Assembly (NCBI RefSeq): GCF_006345805.1
Contig: NC_042998.1
Span: 144,212,001-144,276,000, forward strand
Reading direction: 5' to 3'
Length of the DNA stretch: 64,000 nucleotides
From: Octopus sinensis
Lineage: Eukaryota
Shown here one piece after another: positions 28,871 to 42,371 of the stretch. Position numbers and translations under genes: made by a program. The first letter of the stretch is position 1. Every line of letters begins with the position of its first letter. The notes beneath the pieces were generated by a model that was given only the letters and a program-made list of their open reading frames with translations, searched no databases and was not told the DNA's origin.

Positions 28871-31006
28871 GGTTACATGTGAATTACTTACAGAATTGAT
28901 CAGGCAAAACAGGAAGATATCCTACACAATGACTAGCATTGTAAGAAGCATCATCATCATATACAGCAATGAGATGCTCTGGAGAGGAGCATCAACAGAA
29001 GTATTGAAGTGATGGACCAAGTTACAAAAGTAATAGAAAGGGTGTAACACAACTGATTAGCAAGAGAATTGGTCAAGAGGAGATGTGGTTCAAGTTTATG
29101 AGAGGATACAGTTCCATCAATACCCTCTTCCTGGTGAAACAATATCAGAAGTACTTAACTTGGAGTAGACTACGCTACCTAGCTTTTATTGACTGAAGAT
29201 CTTTTTGATAGGGATCTATGCTCAATATCTGCCTGTCAGCAGTGTATATATTTTACCTATAGTACACAGATGTCTGTATTAATTTAATGCAATTTCGATT
29301 GCATACTGAGTTTTTATAGCCCAGAAGCTATCTATAATATCAGTGAATATATTATCCACTGTTTATTATATATCAGAAGACAGAGATCTCATCGAGGCAT
29401 GTGCCTAGCAAGTGCACATCACTGACAGAGATCAGAGACACCAAAACACATCTGACATTCCTGTGGATCACTGCTGAAACAATGTCCATCTTTTTAACAA
29501 AACATGTCTATGTGAAAGATTTTCTCTCTCAGACAAAAGTCACAGCATCATGCCTGTCAACGAAGTACACATGTTAAGCATGATGCATCAATAGGAGTGC
29601 CTGCATGGCTAAGAAGCTTGCTTCCCAACCATGTGTTCTTGGGTTCATTCCCATAGTGTGGCACCTTGGACAAATGTCTTCTACAACAACTCTGAACTGA
29701 ACAAAGCTATGTGAGTGAATGAAAACTGAAAGTAGCCCGCCATATAATGTGCGTGTGTGTGTGTGTTCCCTTGTCTTGACATCACATGATGGATATAAAC
29801 AAGCATTACCATCATACAGTCTTATTTGGAAAAACGTATGCGGCCATGGGGAAATATTACCCTACTTGGAAACAGATGAGGGTTAGTAACAGGAAGGGCA
29901 TCCAGCCATAGAAGATCTACCTCAACAAATTCTGTCTGACCCATGGAGAAGTGGACATTAAACAATAATTGATATATGATTATGTGTGTAAGGGGTTGTT
30001 TATGATGACCAGTGGCTGCAAATATGGCAAAATGCATAAGAAATTTGATTCACAACCATGAGAATCCAAGTTCAATCCTACTGCATGTCATCCTGGGCAG
30101 GTGCTTTTTACCTTAACCTCTAGTTGACCCAAGCCTTGTGAGTGAATTTTGGTAAAAGGAAACTGAGTTGAAGTCCATCGGATGGGCTGTACATGTAATT
30201 CAAAATCAACCAATGTCACATGCTGTCTCATGCTAAGAATCTACCTGAGGCTTACTTTAATGGTAAAGCTGTATGGGGAATACTCAGCCACTTATATAGT
30301 TCAATGAATGAATGACTGAGTTGATCAGACAGCTGTAATATCAAATTCATCAAATCTGATGAAGAATCCATTAATTATTAATGTTTACTGGTGTAAACCA
30401 GTGCATCCAGCTGCATCAGTCCATGTCAGAATGCATAGCTAACGATTCAGTGAAAAGTGAACAATAAAATAAAAACACAAATACAGAAATAAATACTGAG
30501 ATCAATACAATCAAGTAAACCTCTCAAGTGTGGTGTTCTAGCATGGCCACAGTTTAATCACTGAAGCTACTAAAAAAAATATTCATAGCTTGGCTAAATG
30601 AATTTAAAATAGCAAGAAGTAGAAGCAGACAGACAGACATCAGCTAAACAACAAATACACTACTGCCACCACCACAAAGCTGATGCCACTACCGCCAATG
30701 CCAACACCAATGCTGATGATGCCATCTTCATCATCCTTACTCTTATCATCATAACCATCATCCAATTTTCCAAGCTTGCCTGGGTTGGATAGAGTTTATT
30801 GAGGCAGATTTTCAATAGCCAGATGCATTTCCTGTTGCCAACTCTCACTTCCTTCTGAACAAGGCAAATTTTTCCCACGGACACTTAATACTGGAAATGA
30901 ATCACACTGCTTGTATAACAGTGACACTTATTTACAACTATTACATAATGTCAAGACAAAGAGACACAAACCTACATGTACTTACATTCATATACACAGT
31001 TCATAT

Positions 31007-31039
<33 letters not shown>

Positions 31040-31115
31040 CATATACGCATACATATATGCATATATATATACATGCATACATACATACATGCATATATAT
31101 TATATATATAAAGTA

Positions 31116-31158
<43 letters not shown>

Positions 31159-31855
31159 TACATACATACATACATACATACGCATGTAGGCATGCATGCA
31201 CACACACACACACACACACAAAATAGTTTTTTTTCAATTTCAGTTTACCACATCGAAATACAAGGCTTTGGTTAACTACAGTAGAAGACATTTGACTAAG
31301 GTGACACACTGGGCCTGAACCCAAAACCTTTGGTTGAGAAGCAATCTTCATAACCACACAGCCATATCTGTGTCACACAGCCACGCTAACAAAAAATGTA
31401 AAAAACAAAACTTACTAGCATTATTTTATTCCATCCTCACCTCTAACAAGCCACATGTAGCATCTTCATTCCTCTTACCACAACCAGCACAGCTCCCTCC
31501 CACTCATCCTCATTATCTTCATTATCCTCATCCATTATTATTACCATCATCATCACCAACAATAACCCATGTCTAAGTATGGAAGGTGAGGGCTTAATGT
31601 GAGGCAAATATGACTGACAAATTTCATCTAATTCTTTAATTAAAATCAGTAGAATAATCTAATCATCGTAATCCCATAGTTTTAAAGATTTTGCATAATT
31701 GAGGCAATTGCTAGCTCTCCAGTGTGTATGTATGTGTGTGTGTGTGTGTGTGTGTGCGTGCATGCATTTACATTTGTGAAAGCATGTGTTTGTTTAGTGC
31801 AGGACACAATGAGAAAGGAATGTGTAGAACTACATGTAGACACACACATACACAC

Positions 31856-31908
<53 letters not shown>

Positions 31909-31946
31909 TACATATATATGTATGTATATATATATGTATATGTATA

Positions 31947-31993
<47 letters not shown>

Positions 31994-34518
31994 GAAGGCA
32001 TGTATGCATGTGTATATTATCCTCATCATCTTTTTTAACATGACTGTTAAAAGAAAGGGTAATGATAAACACATATGCACACACACACACACACGTATAC
32101 ATACATATATGTATGTATAAGGTGATGTATACACATGTGTGATTATATATGTATAATATGCATGTGAATAAAAATGAGAACGTGTGTGCATGCACAAATC
32201 TAGGTGGAAAGGAAAAGAGATACACTAAAAGGTGAAATTCAAAGATAGCACCAGCAAAAGGAAGCACAAACAGATAAAGACAGAGAAATCTTTCTTCACA
32301 AAAATAACTCCTCTTTCAGAAAAAATTCTTTAACGGTGTTGAAGAGAAGTTGGAGACTACAAAGAATAAAACAGAAACTAAACTTGGTCAAATAACTGTT
32401 GAAATAATATTTTCTATAATTTCTTAATTTCTGAGATCTTCCTTTACTATGCCTACCATTACACCTCATGCTTCTTCACCTGGAAGCTCTGATTGACTAC
32501 TTTAACTATTTTGCATTTAAACTGACCATATCCAGCCCAAATATTCTACCTGTCTTATGTTCAAATTGATCAGATCTGGCCTCTCACAGCTCCCCACAAT
32601 GCCATTCAAAAAATAAACAATTAATCATCAAAATCTTGAAGTCACAAGATAATGTATTATTAATTCAAAATATATAATCATTGCATTTGACAAAATAATC
32701 TGAATGCTAAAGGGTTCTCTTATTCACATTGTATCTTGAGATGCTCTGGCATCTAGTCGCCAACATCTCTATTTTCTTTCCATCAACTCCCACCTACCCT
32801 TATCTAATGTGAAGCAGCCATGTATCTCCCCTATAGCAAGACACCTGGGATTGTCCCTCTATCATACTTAGGCCTCTTAACACCTCATGTAAAACCACCA
32901 CACTCTCAATACTCACCCCACCCCAACTTAGTAGAGAGGGATTTTTCTTTACTTTTTCTTTTTTTCTGTTCTTTTCTTGTCTTCATGATCATACTAGTGC
33001 TAGTGACATGAAAAAGAGCACCCAGCACACACCGTAGAATGGTTGGCATCAGGAAGGGCATCTAGTCACAGAAAATGTCAAAGCTACATTCGAACAAGTG
33101 CAGCCCTGCAGTTCACCAGATCCTGCGAGCTTGCAGCAGCAGCAGCATTGCTGTTCAAGAATTTGGACCTGGAGATCTCCATTTCCAGTGACTTTGAGGA
33201 CCACCTCTCAGCGGTGTCGGGCGTCAACAAAGAGCCCTCGACTACAACAAGATGACCAAAGTTTTTTTTTCCCCCAAGGTCTGGGGTCTCCCGCCCCTAA
33301 GCCCTAGACCATCTCCTAATCACCCTTACCCGGCTTGTTGCTTAACAACAACAACAACAGCAACAGCAGCAGCAAGGAGGAGGAGGAGGAGATGATTGAT
33401 GAAAGTTTGCCTGTGAACAAAGTTAACACTTTTGATACCAAACCACTTGAAACTACTTCTAGTTCTATGATACAAACTTCCTGTTTCAAAATAATCATAA
33501 TTAAAACCTTCCATCAAACAAATTTTGGTTTAAGGTCAGCAATTTTAGTGGGAGTGGAGTAAGTTGATAACTTGACTGATAGCATATTTTATTAATCCAA
33601 AAAGAATGAAAGACAAAGCTGACCCTGACAAGAGTTGAATTCACACTAAGTACTTTGTCCAACACACCAACAATTCTGCTAGCTCAATTTAATAATCCTT
33701 TCTACTATAGGCACAATGCCTGAAATTTAAGGGAGGGGAGTAGTCAATTACATTGACCCCAGTACTCAACTGGTACTTATTTCATCAACCCTGAAAAGAT
33801 GAAAGGCAAAATTGACCTCAATAGAATTTGAACTCAGAACGTAAGGATGAATGAAATGCCACAAAGTATTTTGTCCAACACACCAACAATTCTGATAGCT
33901 CAACTTAATAATAACAGTTACTTTAATAAATTCTTTATTATTTTCAAAATTAATTACAACAAAGACAGGGATTTTGACAGAACTATGTAACAAAAGGGTT
34001 TAAGCACATCAGAAAAATAGCTTTACATTATACAACCATGTCTTCGGCAAAATTCTTTATTCTCTTATCTTCTTCAAATCTTAATACACACTAATAATTT
34101 ACACAGCTTTCCATTGTCCATATCACAGACATTCTGGCTTTCATTTCAACACAAACTTTCTATGTTTGCTAAATTCTTCTGGTTGATAAGTCTTCAATAA
34201 GAAAGATACATAGGAAAATCTTTATAACCCAACACACACTTTCAATTTTCATTGGAATGTCCAACATTTGCTTCTTGTCCATTGAGAAGGCAAAAGCAAC
34301 ATTTTTATTCAGAGCTGTTTCTAAGAGAAGCATTTGTAGCTGAAGTCTGATTGGAGAGCTTATCAAAATTCTTTCAGAACAATTGTGAACAATACAAGAG
34401 AATACAAAACTTCAATTATGCTGTCTTGTAGAATCCAAACAAGGAACAAAAAGGATACTATAAATACTTGGCTTAATTGTTTTATTAAACTATTTCACAT
34501 TAAAACTATATATGTTTC

Positions 34519-34552
<34 letters not shown>

Positions 34553-35154
34553 GAGGGGGTAAAATCAGCAGCAACAGCATTTAACATCCATTTTCCATGC
34601 TGGCATGAGCTGGACTGTTTGAGTGGTGCTGGTAAGGCCAGGATCCACACCAGGCTCCTTTGTCTGTTTTGCCATGGTTTCAACAGCTGGATTGGATGCC
34701 CATCTTAACAACAACCACTTTACAGAGTGTACTGAGTGCTTTTTACATGGCACCAGCACTGGTGCACTTTCTATGTGGCACTAGCACTAACAAGTCACAA
34801 AGTAACTTGTAAGACAAAGACACCTTTGGCTGGGAGAAGGACGTAGTAGAAATTGGGAGGGAGTGCTTTGTGCCAGTTGATGAGTGATTAACAGTATAAA
34901 GAGACAAGGACAGATGTCTTGCTGTAGAGTAGATATAGGGATACCCCAGTTGGAAAAGAAAAGAGGGCAAGTTAGAGAGTAAGTTAAAGAGAGCAACAGT
35001 GAGAGAGATAGTGGTGTAGATATGTTGGGACATGCGTTCAAGGGACATTAGGGTATGTGAGAATAAATGAAACAATATAGAACTTTGGACTGAGTGAGTG
35101 CGCAGGTTTGTCACAAATGAAGGGGAAAGATATGAAAGAGGCTCGGGGGTAGGG

Positions 35155-36033
35155 TTTGCAGTATATATACATGCTCTGTTGCACATGTACACTGACATTA
35201 CACATCCAGCAGAGCATATTGGCTTCATTCCTCTCTAATCTTCACATGTCTTCTGCATTCAGGGCCCACATCTCACTACCATGTAGTACTGTTGTTCATA
35301 CACATGCATCATACAGTCTTTCTTTCACTCAGAGAGAGACCTTCGGTTGCCAACAAGGGTTGCTCACTGAATTTTCTCTCCTCCACTGTTAATTAGGTAG
35401 TAGAAATTATCCACTACCTCTAAAAAGCCTCTGAGGCATTTGAGAAAATCAATTTCTTGTGTATGTCTACTCTTTATAGTTCTTGTGCATCTTCCACATA
35501 CAAACGCTACTTTCTCTAATAACTTTCCAATTATTCCACTGCACCTCCAGTGTGTCCATAGCTTGCACTGGGTGTACTATGAAATTCTTGCCAACAACTT
35601 TCCTACATATCAAGCAGGGCCATTTACCTGATGGGAGTATGGTCCTGTCTATTTTCTTGCTTAATAGAGCCTTAGTCTTTGCTAAGTTAATTTTAAAGAC
35701 CTTCGGTTCCAAGTTTTGTTTCCACACCTGGAATTTCTTTTCTGGTTCTGTCACAGAATCTGCTATGAGAGCAAGATCATCAGCATACAGCAGTTCCCAG
35801 GGTCAGCTGGTCATGAATTCTTCTGCTATGTCCTAGAGGACAATGATGAATAGGAGACTGTGAGCTAAACATTGATGAACACCAGCCTGTACACTACATT
35901 CATCACCATACTCATGGTTAATTCTCACCTTATTGACAGAACTTTTGTACATGGTCTGCACAGCTTTCACAAGCCACTTGTCTATCACAAGATTTAATAT
36001 TTGAAAGCACTTTGAAGAATAACAACTGAGCAT
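35155..36033 (-). mobile_element. Degenerate RTE LINE fragment (RT C-terminal half)
   Basis: ORFs 35833-36033 and 35467-35754 align by eye to the RT of the 60770-61489 ORF (GVHQ, LLFIIVL, NLAKTK, PSGKWPC). Confidence 0.9.
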
Positions 36034-36085
36034 TCATTTACTGATGGTGTAACTCAAAACCAAGAATAGGGTTGATTGATCTGCA

Positions 36086-36122
<37 letters not shown>

Positions 36123-36767
36123 ATTGTTATTATTATTATTATTAAAAGTTAGATTGAATCTTGCTTGCTTGCAATATTACTCAGCCAAACTGGTGCATAA
36201 TGGGAAAATACTATGAATTAAGTTTAACCTGAAATGTTAATACGAATGGAATGAAACAAGTTTCGCGTAAATCACTAAAGTGATTTTCAAGAGATTAGAG
36301 GTTTACAGGGTATAAATGCCCAAATTGGTGCATAATGGGAAAATGTTGAGAAAATAATCTTCATCCTGAAAGGGAAGAAATTCTTATCTTTCTATTAGAC
36401 ACAATGAGTTGACAATGAAAAAATACAATTTTTTTTTTTACAATAAATGCTTCTATTTTCGTTTTTGTTAAACACAATATTTTAATCATTTAGAAATATT
36501 TTTAAGTGAATGTGATTTCAAAAATGTAAGTTGTTTGTACAGTAAGTATTTATATTTTAGCTTCCTTTAAACAGACAATAAATAAATAAAATTTTTTAAA
36601 TACCATTACAAAAAAATTTTTTTTGGCATATTCAAAAAAATATTCTAAAGTAAAAATGACTTTAAAAATATGGTAAATATTGCATAAAAGATTCATTCGT
36701 AACCTCAGTGTGAAATAGTTATCTTCCATAGGTTTTTTTCAAGTGCATTCAACATATCTCACCACCA

Positions 36768-36882
36768 AAGATTTGGCTGCTATTTCTAGCACACCCTGCT
36801 ACCATGTAACAGCTATTTGTGATTTATCACAAAATACCTGTTACGTGGTAGCAGGACATGCAAGAAATAGCAACCAGATCTT
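36768..36882. repeat. ~115-nt near-perfect palindrome
   Basis: aagatttggctgctatttctagcacaccctgctaccatgtaacagctatttgtgat-tt-atcacaaaatacctgttacgtggtagcaggacatgcaagaaatagcaaccagatctt. Confidence 0.9.
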
Positions 36883-37053
36883 CCCTTTTCTGGAGAAAGG
36901 AGCTGTTTACATGTGATTTCGATGTCACATTCGTTGAAAGCATGTAAAATAATCTGGAAAAGAAAAAAAAAACCCACAAAACAAAACTCCATTGCTGAGA
37001 AACTAAAAGTTTCCCAGTGACCCAACAGGTCACGTGTAGTCTAGTATATATAT

Positions 37054-40000
37054 CATCATCATCATCATCATCATCATCATTTAGCGTCCGTCTTCCATGC
37101 TAGCATGGGTTGGACGGTTCAACTGGGGTCTGGGGAGCCCGAAGGCTTGCACCAGGCCAGTCAGATCTGGCAGTGTTTCTACAGCTGGATGCCCTTCCTA
37201 ACCAACCACTCCGAGAGTGTAGTGGGTGATTTTATGTGCCACCGACACAGGTGCCAGACGAGGCTGGCGAACGGCCACGCTCGGATGGTGTTTTTATGTG
37301 CCACCGACACAGGTGCCAGACGAGGCTGGCAGACGGCCACGCTCGGATGGTGTTTTTATGTGCCACCGACACAGGTGCCAGATGAGGCTGGCGGACGGCC
37401 ACGATCAGATGGTGTTTGTTACGTCCCCAAAGCACGGAGGCCAGTCCATGCGGTACTGGCTACGGCCACGTTCGGATGATTTTCTTGTGTGCCACCGGCA
37501 CTGGTACCACAAAGATACAAATTCCATCGGATGATTTTCTTGTGTGCCACCGGCACTGGTACCACAAAGATACAAATTCCATTTATGTTCATCTATTTTG
37601 ATTTGTTTTGATTTGATTTGATTTGATTTGATTTTCACTTGCTCAACAGGTCTTCACAAGTGTCACAAGAAGGAAGGTATGCATAGGTGGACTGTCTACG
37701 TCGCCGGGTCTTCGGATGGTTGTCTTTATGTGCCACCGACACAGGTGCCAGATGTGGCTGGCGAACGGCCACGATCGGATGGTTTTCTGTGTGCCACCGG
37801 TACTGGAACCACAAAGATACAAATTCCATTGATGTTCATCTATTTTGATTTGGTTTGATTTTCACTTGCCTCAACAGGTCTTCACAAGTGTCACGCGTGT
37901 CACACACTTGCCTCAACAGGTCTCCACAAGTGTCACACACTTGCCTCTGCCTCAACAGGTCTTCACAAGTGTCACACACTTGCCTCTGCCTCAACAGGTC
38001 TTCACAAGTGTCATAAGAGGGAAGGTATGCACAGGTGGACTGACTACGTCGCCGGGTCTTTGGATGGTGTTTTTATGTGCCACCGACACAGGTGCCAGGT
38101 GAGGCTGGCGAACGGCCACGATCAGATGGTGTCTGTTGTGCCCACAGCATGGAGGCCAGTCGACGGCCACGTTCGGATGGTTTTCTTGTGTGCCACCGGT
38201 ACTGGAACCACAAAGATACAAATTCCATTGATATTCATCTATTTTGATTTGGTTTGATTTTCACTTGCCTCAACAGGTCTTCACAAGGGTCACACACTTG
38301 CCTCAACAGGTCTCCACAAGTGTCACACACTTGCCTCTGCCTCAACAGGTCTTCACAAGTGTCACACACTTGCCTCAACAGGTCTTCACAAGTGTCATAA
38401 GAGGGAAGGTATGCACAGGTGGACTGACTACGTCGCCGGGTCTTCGGATGGTGTCTTTATGTGCCACCGGCACAGGTGCCAGATGAGGCTGGCGAACGGC
38501 ACGATCGGATGGTGTGTGTTGTGCCCACAGCACGGAGGCCAGTCGATGCGGTACTGGTTACGGCACGTTTGGGTGGTTTTCTTGTGTGCCACCGGCACTG
38601 GTACCACAAAGAATACAATTCCACTGATGTTCATCTATTTTGATTTGTTTTGATTTGATTTGATTTTCACTTGCCTCAACAGGTCTTCATAAGTGTCACA
38701 AGAAGGAAGGTATGCACAGGACTGACTACGTCCCGGTCGGGGCCACGGGTTATGGCCTGACTAGTTGCCGGGTCTTCTCATGCACAGCATACTTCCATAG
38801 GTCTCGGTCTCTAGACATTCCTTAGTGAGACCTAAAGTTCGAAGGTCGTGCTTCACCACTCGTCCCAGGTTTTCCTGGGTCTACCTCTTCCACAGGTTCC
38901 CTCCACTGCTAGGGTGTAGCACTTTTGCACACAACTATCTTCAGCCTTTCTTGTCACATGACCATACCAGCAGCCAGCCGTCTCTCTTGCACGCCACAAC
39001 TGACGCTTCTTAGGTTCAACTTTTCTCTCAAGGAACTTACACTCTGACGATTATGAACACTGACATTACACATCCATCGGAGCATACTGGCTTCATTTCT
39101 TGCGAGCTTACGCATATCCTCAGCAGTCACGGCCCATGTTTCACTACCATGTAGCATGGCTGTACGTACACATGCATCATACAGTCTGCCTTTTACTCTG
39201 AGCGAGAGGCTTTTGTCACCAGCAGGGGTAAGAGCTCTCTAAACTTTGCCCAGGCTATTCTTACTCTAGCAGTTACACTTTCAGCACACCCACCCCCGCT
39301 ACTGACTTGGTCTCCTAGGTAGCGGAAGCTATCAACTACTTCTAGTTTGTCTCCCTGGAAAGTGGCAGAAGTTGGTCTCTGCATATTTCCAGTGTTTATT
39401 GCTCCTGAGCATTTGCCACAGACAAAAACTATTTTCCTAGTTAGCCTCCTTTGACATTGCTGCACCTCTTATGTGTCCATAGCTTACACTTGGTGCATCT
39501 TATAGAGTTTCTACCCACCACCTTTTTACAGATCGAGCAGGGCCATCTACCTGAAGGCGTTTGTGATTGATCTACCTTCCTACTTATTAGAACTTTGGTT
39601 TTGGCTAGGTTGATTCTAAGGCCCTTCGATTCTAATCCTTGTTTCCACACCTGAAACTTCTCCTCCAGTTCTGATAGTGACTCAGCAATTAGAGCAAGGT
39701 CATCAGCATAGAGGAGCTCCAGGGGCAACCTGTCTTGAATTCCTCCGTTATTGCCTGGAGGACTATGATAAATAGGAGGGGACTGAGGACTGAACCTTGG
39801 TGGACCCCAACCTCTACCCGGAATTCTTCACTGTACTCGTTGCCAACCCTCACCTTACTAGCAGCGTCTCTGTACATGGCTTGCACAGCTCTCACCAACC
39901 ATTCTTCTATCCCTAGTTTCCTCATTGACCACCAGATAAGGGACCGGGGGACCCTGTCAAAGGCTTTCTCCAAGTCAACAAAAGCCAGGTACAAGGGCTT

Positions 40001-40831
40001 ATCTTTGGCTAGGTATTTCTCCTGCAGCTGTCTTACCAGGAATATAGCATCAGTAGTACTTTTCCCTGGCACGAACCCAAACTGCATATCATCTAAGGTA
40101 ACTCTCTCTCTAATTAGTTGGGCTACAACCCTCTCCGTAACCTTCATTACCTGATCCAGCAGCTTGATGCCCCTGTAGTTATTGTCTCTAGGGCGTCGCC
40201 TTTACCTTGTAGCAGTTGACTATTATGCTGCTACACCAGTCATTGGGTATGACCCCCTCGTGTATCACCTGGTTAACTATACGGGTGACTAAGCTATAGC
40301 CGACACCACCAGATATTTTGAGCATCTCTGCAGTAATTCCTGATGGGCCTGGGGCTTTCCCTGTTTTCATGCTTCTAATTGCCTTATCTACTAAGGAACT
40401 GTTAACTCGGATTGCTGGTCCCTTGTTGGGTCGACATTCGGCAGACTCTCTTTATCCCATTCATTTTCCTCATTCAGCAACCTCATAGTGGCGTCTCCAA
40501 GCTTCTCTCTTTGCATCCTCATTAACGCAAGTGAACCATCCTCCATGCGAACACATTTCTCTCCTACCACGTCACGATTCTCTCTCACACACTGTCTTGC
40601 AACACGAAATACCTCAAGTCTTTCATCCTCACGACGCAGGACATTGGCAAATTTTTCCTTACTGCCTCCCCTCTGGCTAGATAGACCGTCTCCTGGCTTC
40701 CCTTCTGGCAGACTGATACACTTCCCTGCTACCACCGTTCTTCCAGGCCTTCCAAGCCTGTTTCTTTTGTCTAAATAGCCCTGTCAACAATATTGTTCCA
40801 CCACCACGTTATTTTGGGTCTTAAGGGGACG
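37054..40831 (-). mobile_element. RTE-clade LINE copy 1: 5'-truncated, frameshifted ORF2 (RT), expanded 3' UTR, (GAT)n tail, probable 11-bp TSD
   Basis: Fragments with QFGFVPGKSTTDAIF, FVDLEKAFDRVPR, GVHQGSVLSPLLF, LLYADD, FRYLGD, LRW; flanks agtatatatat (37043-37053) and agtatacatat (40832-40842). Confidence 0.97.
37210..38720 (-). repeat. Minisatellite and higher-order tandem array inside the RTE 3' UTR
   Basis: ~55-62-bp units (gtgccaccgacacaggtgccagacgaggctggcgaacggccacgctcggatgg), 20-26-bp units (cacacttgcctcaacaggtcttcacaagtgtca); larger block recurs at 37673, 38021, 38405, 38706. Confidence 0.92.
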
Positions 40832-41115
40832 AGTATACATATTCCAAAGTATATTATAGACTGTATATTTAATAAAATGTACGTCTGAATAATTCAAGAG
40901 CAGATTATATATTCAGTTGGGTCCAAGTAACTGTATATATTACTCGAATATCATTCTGGCAGTACTTCTGTACCAACGTTGGTATTCATCTATTATTGTT
41001 GTGAGTGCATTTTATGCTGGCCTAAGTAGATGCCTCACCTTTAAGTACCTCATTCAACTGCATCTTGTTATATTATATATATATATAAGCAAGTATTTAT
41101 ATATGTATGTATGTA

Positions 41116-42371
41116 CTAACTGTTGGGCCTGGCATTGCTCATGTTTACTGTGTTGAAGTTAAGCCCATTTCTGACCTTGTATTGAAATCTACATTCCTCA
41201 TGCCAATTATTACCCAGTTAATGCTTTCGACATACTCCTGCATACTGGACCATTTGAAATTACAGTCAAACTTTTGGATGTATTTCGACATATTGAGAGT
41301 GATGTTTGTTTATTTCTTGCCCCAAATGCCACCCTCTGTACAAAATTGATCAGCGCGTCCAATGTCAGCAAAATCCAAAGAAAAGTGTTAAGGTTATGTC
41401 ATTAAATAGAATCCATGTGACCATTTACATGAAAATATCCCATTGACTTTTAAATCCCAATACATTATATGAATAATCGATGTTTCATATGTCAAAGTGC
41501 TTAATTTTACTCATGGGTCAATTTTCTTCAAAATCAGTTCATTATTTTATTGTGAGTGAATTTTGATGATTTCTACCTTCCACCAGTTTAATTTTAATTC
41601 TACTACATGACTCTGACCATGAACCTAAATGTCAAATTTCATCAAAATCAAATGAATTCTGTAAAAGTTACAGCATAAAATATTAATCCTGTGGGTAATA
41701 GCATACAAAACGCCTATTGATTTCTTAAAATCCCCTGCTCATATGCAATTATCCATTTTTTGTCAACTCTTCATGCTGGCATCAACTAATGGACATGAAT
41801 TGTAATCATATATAAAATTTCTACAAAATTGATAAGAATGTCTCTAAGGAAATGCTTATTTGCATTTATGCCCTTTTGAATTATAAAACACCTTTACCAT
41901 CTCCCCCACCACAAAATTTACCTACATTAAAATCACATAAAAAATATAAAAGTTACGGCCAAAAATAAAATCCCTAAGGGTATTTGCACGCAAAAAGCCT
42001 ATTGATTTTATAAAACCACTGCTCAGATGCAATTATCGATTTTTTGTCAACCCATATACTGACATCAACTCACAGCCACGAGCCTCACTCACTCATCAAT
42101 TTTCATCAAAACTGGGCAAAAAATGCAAAAGCTGCAGGAAAAATAACATCATTATGGGAATTTCCATTCAAACGCCTGATCGAGCTCACAAAAATCGATG
42201 CCAACTAAGCATTATCGAGTTTTCAAAACATGCCAGCCTTATTTGAACTTCAGGGCATGTGATCTACCTATGTGCCAAAAATCATTAAAATCAGTTGGAC
42301 AATGTGGGAGAAGTTAGAGTAACCCCAAACACACAGACAGTCAGACACCATTACACATTTATGTATATAGA
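41116..42371 (-). mobile_element. Full-length ~1.26-kb non-autonomous Helitron
   Basis: Minus strand begins A|TCTATATACATAAA (42371) and ends with decayed hairpin catgagcaatgccagg then TTAG|T (41116); internal recurring aaatttcatcaaaatc and cctattgattt sub-repeats. Confidence 0.75.

Noticed and set aside
37210-37600. CRISPR-like alternation of conserved and variable segments
   Set aside because: Units are whole-length tandem copies inside a LINE 3' UTR, with no unique spacers and no cas genes, in eukaryotic DNA.
37105-38653. Repetitive Cys/His/Arg-rich ORFs (MCHRHRCQ...)
   Set aside because: Translations of the 3' UTR minisatellite, not metal-binding proteins.
39735-40154. 139-aa plus-strand ORFs here and at 61065-61484
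   Set aside because: Antisense shadows of the RTE reverse transcriptase frame.
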